Under the pieces are notes generated by a model. That model did no database searches. It worked only from the letters and a program-made list of their open reading frames with translations, and was not told the DNA's origin. This document shows, piece after piece, positions 51,459-63,513 of a stretch of 64,000 nt of DNA (position 1 is its first letter; each line of letters opens with the position of its first letter). Made by a program: the position numbers and the translations under genes. This DNA is from Botryllus schlosseri (Eukaryota), in contig CM119373.1 of assembly GCA_051294905.1 (NCBI GenBank), positions 5,768,001 to 5,832,000 on the forward strand, given 5' to 3'.

Positions 51459-54400
51459 TGTGGTGACCTTTCGTGGAAAGCGTAGGTCGACGAAGACGAA
51501 ACTGCTTGACAGCTTTCTAGGTTTTTATTAACTGAAATTCGGCTACAATAAACTTTAAAAAACTAGGACATACGCACTGGACAACACAGATATAAGCAAC
51601 TGAGGTACGAAAGGAATGAACAGAGCGAAGTAAACTAATCACAGTAATCAGCACTTATACAATCACAACAATCACCACATTCAACCCCACCAAGAAAAAT
51701 AGGGACTAGCTTTTACGAGGTCCCTTCCCCGTAACGTTCGGGAGCGCGCCTTAAGTGCGTGGATCGGCGCAGTGGAGGTTCTGCGACCTCTAAGCTGCTA
51801 CTGGGCTGCACTACTTCGTCGCGATGCGGAGAAAATGTTTTACAAGCAATGCCATCTTTTTCGCTGCTGGACGACGTGGTAAGTTCGTCGGAAGATGGCT
51901 CCGTTGTGTCGCAGACAGAGGAAAACTCTTTTTTCTTTCCCTCAAGCGCCTCAGAAGACTTTGTAGAAACAGGGTAGGGTGCGAGATCTTTAACGGAAAC
52001 CGTTGATTCTATGCCGTATCTGTAACGTATCAAAGCGTATTTAGGATTGGCATCCAATAGTTCTACACTTCTACTTCATTAACGAGGGGGTCGCATTTGT
52101 TCCGCACAAAATTTCGTAGGAGTACGGTGCCGCCATGAAGAAGCCAGTCGGGAATGGAGTCGCCCACCATGGATCTCCTTTCAAACTTGAAGAACCTGTC
52201 ATGGGGGGAACAATTAGTTGCCGTGCACAAGAGCGACCGGATGGAATGCAGAGCATCCGGCAAAACCGATTCCCAATGGTTCTCCGACAATCTCCGACTT
52301 TCCAAAAGCAACTTGACGGATTTCCGCGAAGTCTGATTAAGCCTCTCGCATTGCGAATTGCCTGTGGGGTGATAAGGAGTCGACTTGCTGGTGGCAATAC
52401 GCTTGCATGTCAGGAAATCGGTGATTTCCTTAGAAAGAAATGAGGCACCCCTGTCACTGTGTACATATTCCGGTACACCGACAACCGAAAACAAGGATGA
52501 GAGACAATTGACGACCGTTGACGACGTCATGTCGCGACAAGGATAAGCAAATGGGAAGCGACTGTATTCGTCAATAATAACAAGTACGAACTTTCTGGGT
52601 CCATCAACGGGACCTTTGAAATCGATGCTAAAACGTTCCCGTGGTAGAGTAGCTTTTATCAACTTGTTCGTTTCATTAGACATGAAGAACCGAGGTTTCA
52701 ATTTAGCACATATTTGACAATTAGCACAAGTTCTTTTAACGTCCTCCATGGAAAGAGGTAGATTCTTGGATCGTACAAAGTGATCAAGTTGTCGAATCCC
52801 AGGGTGACTCAGCGCTTCATGGATCTCTTGAAGGCTCATGTTTGGCTGGCCTGGGGACGAACAGCAAACACGAGACAGAGTATCAGGCCCGATATTCTCG
52901 GATCCAGGGCGGTGAATTATTTGATACTTTAGCGGACTTAACTCCAGTTTCCACAGAGTGAGCTTTGCATTTTTAATCTTACTCGGATGATCTTTTCTAT
53001 ATATGAAGGATAATGCCTTTTGGTCCGTTATCAATTTAAATTCGTTTCGGTTCAAGAGATAATCCCATTTTCGAAGAGACTCGACAATGGGCAAAGCTTC
53101 CTTTTTTACAGCGGAGTATTTCATTTCACATTCAGATAGCGCTCGAGACATGAACGCAACAGGCCTGCCCTTTGGCTTAAAATAGAGGCGATCGCAACTT
53201 CGGAAGCACCGCATTCAACTTGAAACGGTTCGTCATCATAGATGCAGCTCAAACAGGCGCGAAGTAGATTCTGTTTTAACAGTTCAAACGCGTTTCTCTG
53301 TTTTTCAAGCAATGGGAACACGACATTTTCACAGAGGGGCTTCACTTTGTCGGAAAAGGACAGAATCCATTTTGAATAGTACGAAAACATGCCCAAACAG
53401 CGCTTCAGACTACGAGTATCGCTTGGAGCCGGCATTTACATTAAGGGTCGCAAATGATACGGATCGGGTCGAATATCATTGTGGGATATCAGATGGCCGG
53501 GCAGTGAGAGCTTCGAAACCCCAAACGCAAATTTATTTTTATTTAGAGTCAGACCTGTTGAATCAGCGGCGGACATGAACGAAGAGAGCCTCTCATTGTG
53601 CTCTTTCTGATTCCTTCCGTATATAGTTTTACATTATCCAAGTAAGCTATTGTGCCTTTCAAGTGGTTGTCTGCTATGAATTTATCAATGAACCGCTGAA
53701 ATGCAGCGACCCCATTGGTGATGCCGAAGGGTAGGCGACGAAATTGATACAGACAACCATCAGCTTCAAAAGCTGTGAAAGGTCGGTCGGCCGCAGAGAG
53801 AGACACCTGGTGATATGCAGACTTGAGATGGATCGTGCTATAAACATCTTTTGCAACTTAATTGACAATATCATCAATTTTGGATAGCGGATAGGCATCC
53901 AAAGGGGTGTATCGATTTATCGTTCCCGAGTAATCAATCACTAACCTTTTCTTATGTCGAGGTCCCTTTGGTTACCGAAATTGGGGTCGCCAGGGAGATA
54001 CCGACTTCTCTACAACGCGTTCATCCAGGAGCTTCGACACCTCGCTTTGTACGAAAGATCGATCCACTAAGCTGTACTTTCTCGACTTCACGGCTACAGG
54101 CTTTACAGCTGGATCGACAAACTTGAATATTTCAGGCGGATCACTCACTCCACGGCTACAGGCTTTACATCTCGATCGACAAACTTGAATATTTCGGACG
54201 GATCACTCACTTTAGCGGCAGCTACGGCGCAATGGTTGCGTCCTAATAGGAGATCTCCCTTCGGTCCACCGAATTCAAATATAACTCTCGTTAGCTGTTT
54301 GAGGAATTCCAAGCCGATAATTACGTCGGCGCACAATTCATCAACGATGCAAAATTGATTTGCACCGTAATATTCATCTTCAATACAAAGTGTCGCGTAT

Positions 54401-55721
54401 GCGTGACCAATAACTCGAGCAGAAGATGACTTTAATGCAAGGGTAATAGTGTAATCCCGAGGAGTAAGAACGAGATTGAGAATTTTGGCGAACGATGAGC
54501 TAATGCAGCATTCGTATGCTCCCGAATCTACAAGTACTTTGACCAACCTCTCAGCAACAAAAACTTGCAGCGTCGAACGCCTCAAGGAACCGGGTACACC
54601 GGCAGGCGAAGCCAAATTGAATTTGCAAACTTTGTCAAAGTGACCCCGTCGGCCACATCTCGAGCATTCGCTGTTTCGGGCTGGACAAAACTTGCGAAGC
54701 ATCGTATGGAAACAGCCACACAATACGAACTTCTTTTTTTCAGGAGACTTCTGTAATACGGCCAATTCAGATCCACAAGGCCGCACCAGCGATTGGTCAG
54801 GCGTATGTGAAGTCTTCTGCATTTCCTGATTTCCCGGGACCATGTTAGCGGTAGGAGGCGATATTTCATAGAACGAGGAAAACGCTTGCGCCCGTTCAAG
54901 AGAGCCTGCTATATGCATGGCTTTTTCGAGTGTTCACTCATCATGTTCGAGAAGACGCAATCTAATGCCCGAGGACTGCAAGCCAGTAATTAGGGCATCT
55001 CGCACGGCCTCCATTTTATGCACTTCTGCATTAACAGCTTCAAAATTGCAATCACGCGATAGAGCGATCAACTTTTGTGAGAAATCAGCGACGGTCTCAC
55101 CAGAGTCTTGCTTAGCAGTTGCGAGTAAATGTCGAGCATATATGACGTTCTTTTTCTTTCGATATAACTTGGTTAAGTGTGCCATGGTAGATTCGAACGT
55201 GCCATGATCTTCGATCAAAGCGTACACGCTTGGCGATATATAACCAATCAAAATAGCCAACTTATCGAGAACTACTTCGGGGCGGCCACTGCTAGATTCT
55301 TGTCCAGTGTCCGTGCTGCTGGTCGATGGTAAAGAAGACTCTGCAGCCGATATGAAGCTCGACAACATTTTGTCCCAGTGGTTGAATACTTTCGAAGAGT
55401 CTCGAGAGCTCGGTAATAAATCTAGGATCGGCACGCGGATATACTTCTCTTGAGAGAAAGCCATTCCAGAGTCGATTGTGTCAAAAGCAGATAATAAAAT
55501 TGTGGTGACCTTTCGAGGAAAGCGTAGGTAGATGAAGACGAAACTGCTTGACAGCTTTCTAGGTTTTTATTAACTGAAATTCGGCTACAATCAACTTCAC
55601 AAAACTAGAACATACGCACTCGACAACACAGATATAAGCAACTGATGTACGAAAGAAATAGACAGAGCGAAGTAAACTAATTACAGTAATCAGCACTTAT
55701 ACAATCACAACAATCACCACA
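51459..55721 (-). mobile_element. Full-length degenerate Ty3/Gypsy LTR retrotransposon
   Basis: 221-bp LTRs 51459-51679 and 55501-55721 (TGTGGTGA...TCACCACA; 13 differences counted), 5-bp TSD AAATG, purine-rich PPT-like GGTGGGGTTGAA, PR-RT-RH-IN order. Confidence 0.96.
51713..55464 (-). pseudogene. Gypsy gag-pol, multiply frameshifted
   Basis: gag CSRCGRRGHFDKVC, protease LVDSGA, RT LPFG..NGVAAFQR and AYLDNV, RNase H ITDQKAL, integrase HEALSHPG..CQIC, IDFKGP, HSDRG, NSQCER. 62-bp internal tandem duplication at ~54089-54210. Confidence 0.95.
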
Positions 55722-57169
55722 AAATGTTCATTGCACGGTCATGAGTATGAATATGTGCACTGTGCAGTGCGTAGCAAAGTTATTGAAATACAGTCAACAG
55801 TTAAAAATTTTGTTCCGCTCACTTTAGTCCAGATGAATCGTAAATTAAATGTTCATTGCACGGTCATGAGTAGGATGAGTATGTGCAGACAACTCAATAA
55901 AATATATATTATTGCGTAATAAATGAATTGCAGATGTACTACTTCATCAACATTTTTTCTATTATTACTTTTTCAAATCAATACACGACACGATTGCGAT
56001 GTAATGAAAAGATAGGAGGGTACCGAAACGACTTGGAGTTGTGTTTTAATCAGACACCCCCCTTGGCCCTAGCCTACTCTACACTGAAGTACATGAAACG
56101 GATCGCATAAAACGCACATCGGTTTTACTTTAGGTTTAGCTGTAATGTACAGTATTTCGATACCTAACGATTCAACAAATACTGTACTGTGTTTCTGTGC
56201 AACACACACATATGCAGTGCAAAGAATTAAATCAGCTCATGGATATTGCTCTGTCTATTGCCCAAATTTTGTATTTTCGAATTCTCCCATCAACAATCAT
56301 TACCTTCTATTCCCTCTATTCCCCCAACTATATCCGTTGGTATTGTTATTGCATTCTGATTGCTCTCTTTGTTATGTTGTGATGTCGCGATAAGGGGCTC
56401 GCGAGATTTTTCACTGTCATAAATGGGAGGGTGTCCACAAAAGTCTGAGAACCATTACTCTAAATCAGTGGTCCTTGACCTTTTTTTCTCCAGCGCCCCC
56501 TTTCAAAAATTTTCTGGGTCTGGCGCCCCCCTATTTTAAGGACTGCAGTAAAAACAATGGGTAAGTGGTCGAAATCCGGTTTGGGGTTTGGACTTCACTA
56601 TTAGACCACTCGACTAATTAACGGTATAATTGTATGTGCTATTTTCGGGATCAAATTCAGGTTGTTATACCAACCATCGGTAAGGCCTACGCCCTACGGG
56701 CTCATAGAGGAGATAGATCAACGCATCCCGAATTCTCCTCTGCGATTGGCAATATGGGAAGTTAAATGCATTGGGTTTTGTTTTATTGCTTCGTGTGACT
56801 ACTAAATCAACTGAAAATGTGGTGGAGATTTGTGCTTCATAAATTTAGTACTGCACCAAGTTCTTAACTTCAACATGAATGGGGGTAACAACACCAAATA
56901 GTATCATCCTTTATGATACGATTAACAAATAATCTGATGATTTAATTTTGTAGCTCCCAAATACAAGTATATTTGGTAGAGACAAGGTTAAGAACCAATG
57001 CTCTAAATTGAAACATTTGATTGAGACACCATATTATTGGCTAAACTATTTCTTCTCAGACTTTCCATAATGTGGGCTTGGACATCATCAGAAAAGGTAG
57101 TCCAATATGAATTTCAGCTCTCATAATATCATCTGTAGCCTGTTGAAGTCACTATGGAAGTGTCTGCAG

Positions 57170-58365
57170 CAGTGGTTCCCAAACTTTTTCGGCTTGTGGC
57201 ACACTACAAAACTTATAAAACTCTTGCGGCACACTTGGACCGAGAAAAGATGCTTAAAAATATCGACGTTATTTTATTACATGAACAGAACATATACAAT
57301 AGAAAGGAGGTTGAATTGTTCACAAACTTACCCGCATTTTGTAATGCCCATCTTTAGATATTGAAAGGATTTTTGGATATGGCGAACAAAACCACTTGCG
57401 TTGTAATGGCCAAACAAACATAATCAACAACAACAACCCGCATTTTTTCATCAATTCCAAGCAGTGACTCTCGTTTACAGCTTTTAATTTAACTCAAGAA
57501 AGATAAGTCCTGTCCACCTAGCCATGAAGATGCAAATTTTTGACACAATATTGATTGCATTTACATTGATTATGGAATAGGATTTGCTAGCAGACAGCTA
57601 AAAATCACACAATTTCTGTTGAAGAAGTATCTTCAAATTTTCGTAAATCAAATAGCTGCTCTTCTGCGGAAATATTGCTTGATTTATTAGGATGCCAAAA
57701 CTCATTTCATTGTCACTTATGCTTATTTATCAGCTTTTGAAGAAGTTAAAGTGTCTGTAAGTCGCGTATACTAGGCTTCAGGCCTTTTTCAATATATTTA
57801 TACAGTTCTTTTCCAAAACTCCGAAAATGTTCGCGGCATACAGTTTAGGAATCACTGGTAGGGCTGGGCACAATGATTCGAGTACTCGAATCTGAATCGA
57901 GTATTAATTTTAATGATTCGAGTCGAATAGTAAAATATGACTTTTTCGAGTACTGAAATTTACCCTCCTTGCAACTGAAAGGTAATTTACTAACGGGAAT
58001 TATAGCTTTAATACTATTTTACACTGAGGAAGCCTGAAACCTTGATTGGCCGTGTCGCAACCTACGAGACATAAAAGCTGCGAACGTTACTGGAAATAAC
58101 ACATTTCCGAAGTCGTGTTCGTCTCAGAACATTGTCAAGAAGTACAATGAAATCGGTATGGTCGAAAAAATATCAAAGTATCTGAAATGTGCTGGATAAC
58201 AGGCATTTTATGCTGTTTGTGGTGGCATAAAAACTAAATATTTGAATTTTGACACAGTACATTCTGTTGTGACATCATAATAAATTCGAATACTCGACTC
58301 GAAGCGTAATACGTGATTCAGAACGAATTTCTCAGGTACTCGATTTTGCCCAGCCCTAATCACTG
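57170..58365. mobile_element. hAT MITE with a second MITE (57859-58358) inserted in its right TIR
   Basis: Outer TSD GTCTGCAG / GTCTACAG. Inner TIR TAGGGCTGGGCA with perfect TSD ATCACTGG, which duplicates the outer terminus. Confidence 0.88.
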
Positions 58366-58471
58366 GTCTACAGAATCACTTGAGTAGTCCCGAGTCATAT
58401 ATGCAGCCAGCAGTGCGCGTGAGATCGGAAGTTCGGGAGGAATTTTCGGGGCGACGCCAGTCACGCTGAGC

Positions 58472-59410
58472 CAGTGTTGGAATCAAGTCACTACCTTCGA
58501 GTCACGAGTCATTTCGAGTCAATGCACATTTTGACTCGAGTCAAGTCAAGTCGATCGATTTTCGAAGGTGACTCGAGTCAAGTCAAGTCACTCGATTTTT
58601 GGAGGTGACTCGAGTCAAGTCGAGTCAAGTCAAGTCAAGTCACGAGTCAAGTCACAATTCGAGTCAAGTTGCCGTTTGAAAGTATGGGGCATTCTTACGT
58701 CATTGCATTTTGCTAGCTGTCTGAAATATGGACTGATTGGTCATTGATTGTGAACCGATGAACGAAAATAGAGTTAAATATACGCAAGAAGGCGCTGTAT
58801 CGCTCATATATTCGTAGAAATGCTAAGCTACGTAAGTGATTACATAGCATCAGCTCATAGTTACCAGCTAAAATAGAGTTTAGAGAAACGAATTGATGAG
58901 ATGCAATACATTACCCATTTACAAATTGATATGATACAATTCGAGCCTACGCTAATTGTTCATGACTATATAAACTATATTCGAATTCAATATCACAAAA
59001 ACAAGAGGTTTGGTTGAGGTATGAACACAGAACTGAAATAGAAATTTTACTGTTAAATTACATTACTATACTAGTTTACGACAGCGTAGGCTGTAAGCGT
59101 CGATCACTTCGTTTGCGGTCAATATATTTGTGAGAGAACAATGGAGGCTTAGTAAAACGCACGATAATTGAATTATTGGTCGCTATCACAGTCTACACCA
59201 GCGTTTCGCGAACAATTCGACCATAAGCAAGATACGGCGATTTTTATCGACAGCGATTGCTTGATGACTTGAAATTGACTCGAAAAATTTTGCTCCGAGT
59301 CGCGAGTCAATCCACATTTCGGATACGCCGAGTCAAGTCAATTCATTTTAGCAGAGTGACTCGAGTCAACTCAAGTCATACGAAAAAGGTGACTCGAGTC
59401 TTTGTGAACG
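58472..59410. mobile_element. GAGTCAAGTC-repeat MITE
   Basis: Starts CAGTGTTGGAATCAAGTC. Colinear with 34444-35605. Confidence 0.82.
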
Positions 59411-59698
59411 CTAGTGACCTGTGTTTTCAGATTGTGTATATTGCTCGATAAACCTTGTACAGCATACGTTCTACTCTTTTCGAGCGTTCGGGAGTCGTTG
59501 TCGTCATAAAGATCATACTCGCTACTATCCAGGGAGCAAAAAGAGGTAAACTACGACAGTATGACGCAGACCAGAATCGTCACCTTGCATCGTTTCGTCT
59601 GGCCGAACGCGTTGACAATCCGTCTAAAACACGAACCGGGATCTCACATACGGATCCGAAGGAACAAATATTATACTGACGTCATGTTTGACGGGCAA

Positions 59699-59893
59699 GC
59701 GACACTTGAGCATGCGACACTTGAGCATGCGACACTTGAGCATGCGACACTTGAGCATGCGACACTACAGCATGCGACACTAGAGCATGAGACACTTGAG
59801 CATGCGACACTTGAGCATGCGACACTTGGGCATACGACACTTGAGCATGCGACACTTGAGCATGCGACACTTGAGCATGCGACACTTGAGCAT
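59699..59893. repeat. Minisatellite, 13 x 15 bp (GCGACACTTGAGCAT)
   Basis: Direct count of units. No spacers. Confidence 0.97.
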
Positions 59894-59975
59894 TTGTCAT
59901 TTCTTAGTGTGTAGTTAACTAGCGTCAAAATCATGGATTTATACCAGTCCGAAAATGATATATCTCACCTCCTCC

Positions 59976-60425
59976 AACCCTAATATCCCCCCTCCCAACT
60001 TTGATACCCATCACCTCAACCCTATTCTTGGGATACCGTAACCCTAACGCAAAGCCTAATCCTAACCCTAACTCTAACCCTAATCTTGGGATACCTTAAC
60101 ACCTTAACCCTAACCCTAACCAACCCTAATATCCCCCTCCCAACCCTAATACTCAACACTCATCACCCCCAACCCTAATGTTGGGATACCTTAACCCTAA
60201 CCCTAACCCAGACCAACCCTAATATCCCCCCTCCCAACCCTAATACTCATCACCCTCAACCCTAATCTTGGGATACCTTGACTCTAACCCTAACCAACCC
60301 TAATATCCATCCCCCCAACCCTAATCTTGGGAAACCTTAATTCCAACATGGACCCTAATAACCCTAACCTAACCTAATCCTAACCCTAAGCTAACCCTAA
60401 TCCTAACCCTAACCTAACCCTAACC
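59976..60425. repeat. Degenerate telomere-like (CCCTAA) satellite with higher-order structure
   Basis: AACCCT runs interspersed with recurring TTGGGATACC and ATATCCCCCTCCC blocks. Confidence 0.9.
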
Positions 60426-61648
60426 GAAGTCAGCTGTAGTTTCGTGTCCTTGTCCAGAGGTCAAGCGAGGCAGATTAAATCATGAGTGGAAAAGTACAAG
60501 TAGAATTACTAATCAATAAGTTTCACTTCTGGCCAGAGTACAAGAGGTCAATCGATATTTGGAAGCTGATTACGTTCAACATATTCGCAAACTCCAGAAT
60601 AAAGGCAGGTAGAATCAGGAGGCGAGTGGAAAAGTACAAGTAGAATGACTCAAGTCTCATGTCTGAGTACAAAGGTCAATCAAGATTCTTTGTTCGTTTT
60701 CTCTCTATCGTTAATTATTCCCCCTTTTTGATTGCCGCACACAGGGTCATGAAAGTATTGCTGCAAAATTTAGAATGAGCTAATTCTTTAATTACTTATT
60801 ATATTGATAATCTTTGTTTGTTTATTATAATCCTTGCATGCGCACGTCGTGCACATTACTCATACTACTAGTAGAATATTTCGTAGCAGATTTACTTGAC
60901 TTGAAATTTTTTTCAGCAATTCGCATGATTTATTGTCACTAGATTTCTTGTATTTAGTATTGGATCCCCCTCCTGAAAATTATATGTACGCGTTATTTAC
61001 GGAATTATGTCAAACTATATTCGCAATTCGGAGATAACGTGTCGTCCAACATGCCACTTCGCTTGTGCGCTCGCAGCGAGATCGTCGACGACGAAACATT
61101 TGCACAAAATGATAGAGGCTATGTCTAAACGCCGAATAATCCTGTCCTTGCCAAATGAGCCCAGTGGTATACAGATGCGACCCCCAATATATGTAAATAC
61201 CATATTTATTGATAGAACTCATTAATTACCTTTAAGAAATTACGCCCTTAGCGCAACCAGGGCGTGACTGCACACTATGCACAGTTGCATGATATAATTG
61301 TTATCAATTTTAAAGCATAGGAATATAAGTCTTGTTTGCAATGTTACCTAATTCGGTTCGCTCCTATCTGACGACTAAAAAAAAGTTTTCAACATTCCAG
61401 TTGCCCGCGCAATGGTTCGTAAATCTAATGTGTCCCTTTGGTCGAAAAGGTAGGCCAACCCTGGAGTAAATGCATCGGCTGCTTTTGTAAAATTGTAAAA
61501 TCGATGTAAATATAACCAAACGATGCTTCCCATTTGACAAAATTAAAAGTATTTGTAGTGTAGCTTAGCTGCTGGAATCGAACAAATGATGAAGAAAGAC
61601 TGCAAGTCGTAGTCCTTGAATACTCGATTAAGTACATATAGATTAGAC

Positions 61649-63513
61649 CAGGGGTCACCAACACGCGGCCAGCCATGTCATATTCTGCGGCCCGCGACCT
61701 GATTTGAGATTTCGGATAAAAGCTAAGAAAACCATTTTGAAGTGCTGAAATTGACTACAGTTTCAACATGTTGTTGTTGCTTTTTCCAAATAAGCTATTC
61801 TCCTGTGCCCAACATCACTATTCGTCACTAGCAAATCGGATGTGGCGATGGCAACAGCATTCCATCGAGGGAAAATCAGCTGATATGAATGGGCATATTG
61901 CCTTAACTTTCAATGGCCCAAACACTGCCAAGACCGAGACGCTTAGACAACCGCTGGGGTCAGTGGTTCCCAAACTGGGGGGCGCAAAAGCATCTGAAGG
62001 GAAGGCGGAGCTGCACTCAACTGAAAAAATGTTCGCGCCCCGCGCGATTTACTTTTGTGTCATAGGTATTGCTCTGTGTATAGTCCGGAATTCATCTTAC
62101 ACAATTCTCTCGTCAACAATCATAACCTTTAGTGATGAGCATCGGAACGAAGTCGGAGTGGATTCGGAGCGGAGTTTTGCCGATTTTGTGACAGTCGGAG
62201 CGGAGTCGGAGTTTACTACGGATATTTTTTCGGAGAATTTCGGAGTATTGTAACTTTTTTCTCCGATATCTTTGGATAGTCATCTGCAATGCAATTGGGG
62301 ACTGGAGAGTAGATAATACTATGAGGTCAACCCTATTATCACATTAATTTAGTAAAACACATTACCAAGTGTACCATGCTTGCTATAACGCAGAGCGAAT
62401 GTTTGTAGTTGTTTAATTGACTCCAGAAGGTTGCGTTTACAATTCGCTGCGTGTTCCCTTGCGTTCGACGACCGGCGTAACCACGCCGTACGGCCTTGTT
62501 GGCTGACGTACCACGAAGCCTGTCTATTGCACACGTATTCGATGGATCACACTGACGAATATATTTTGTTTCTGTCTCCACGACTTGTAACTTTATTGAA
62601 TCAATGTACGACGACGTAGCAGTACTTCCGAATTTGTCAATCGAAAAGAATGAATGAATATATTTACGTGGTATTACCTACGCATATCTCTCATAGCCAC
62701 GAGAGAGAGTAGGCTACATGCCCAAAACATCGTACGATTTCATATTTTGTTATCTACGTTCACACGACAAAATATACGACTCACAAAGGTCTTATCAGGT
62801 CTCAGTTTAGGGAATTACGTAAGGCTTACCAACTCCTTATTAAATATTATTAAAATGGCGTTATACCAATATACTTCGTTAAACTTGCCACTGTTTCGCA
62901 TACTTGGCGAGATTCATCGCAGTATCTCGGAGTCTGGGATTGAACTCTTCGGAGTCGGAGGGAGTTTTCCTCAGACACTAAAGTTGTCGGAGGGATTCGG
63001 AGTCCCGAAAAGCACTATCCGCTCATCACTGATAACCTTCCATGCCACCAAATGTACCGTTGGGATTGCTAGCATGCTGGTTTCATATTGTGATGTGACG
63101 GTTTTTGAGTATCACAAATGGGGGCGTGTCTAACAAAGTTTTGAACCACTGCCTCAGGGCTTCCCCTCAAGATCAAGCTTTACGTGAAGATGGTCTTTCA
63201 GCTAGTTACGTATCTCGATAGTCCGAATATCGATTCATTAGTCGCTGAAAACCGTTTCCGGGTATCGTGCACAGCTCAGAGTTCAAAATAAAATTGATGA
63301 TAATCTTTTTTGTTGTATTTGTATTCCTTTATTTAAATATGATTTCTTTTGAGGTTAATATGACCATCGCCTATGTTAGGTACCTCACCGTTGTACAAAG
63401 TAGAGTTTTAGAACGTGGTTGCCTATTTTACATCGATATCGAATTCATGCGGCCCGCGGCCTCTACGAAATTTTAAAAGTGGCCCGCGACCCGTTTTGAG
63501 TTGGCGACCCCTG
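61649..63513. mobile_element. Three-level MITE nest
   Basis: Outer CAGGGGTCACCAAC / GTTGGCGACCCCTG (TSD GATTAGAC/GACTAGGC), middle 61961-63151, inner 62130-63031 (AGTGATGAGC TIR, perfect TSD ATAACCTT, TCGGAG repeats). Confidence 0.85.

Larger units (their letters stand above)
45162..60869. mobile_element. Non-autonomous Polinton/Maverick-like element, 15708 bp
   Basis: TIRs 45162-45609 and 60423-60869 (one substitution, one 1-bp indel), termini AGTAGT...ACTACT, perfect 6-bp TSD AGTAGA (45156-45161, 60870-60875). No pPolB, integrase, ATPase or capsid ORF visible. Confidence 0.85.
44948..61463. mobile_element. Old hAT MITE split by the Polinton-like insertion (44948-45161 plus 60870-61463)
   Basis: Degenerate ends GAGGTGCGGCCAACC and GGTAGGCCAACCCTG, each lacking a nearer partner. 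TSD weak (5/8). Confidence 0.55.

Noticed and set aside
59561..59934. ORFs encoding (ATLEH)n, (CSSVA)n or (AQVSH)n resembling pentapeptide-repeat proteins, or a CRISPR array
   Set aside because: They arise from a stop-free 15-bp minisatellite open in several frames. There are no spacers and no cas genes, and the context is eukaryotic.
59976..60425. True telomere or telomere-fusion site
   Set aside because: The array is short, degenerate, one orientation only, interrupted by non-telomeric blocks and internal to the window.
45162..60869. Simple inversion or assembly fold-back as the cause of the inverted repeat
   Set aside because: The matching 6-bp TSD, Polinton-type termini and two sequence differences favour a real insertion. 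It is not fully excluded without reads.
61768..63476. 161-aa and 159-aa ORFs
   Set aside because: They run across MITE junctions and have no domain similarity I can recognise.
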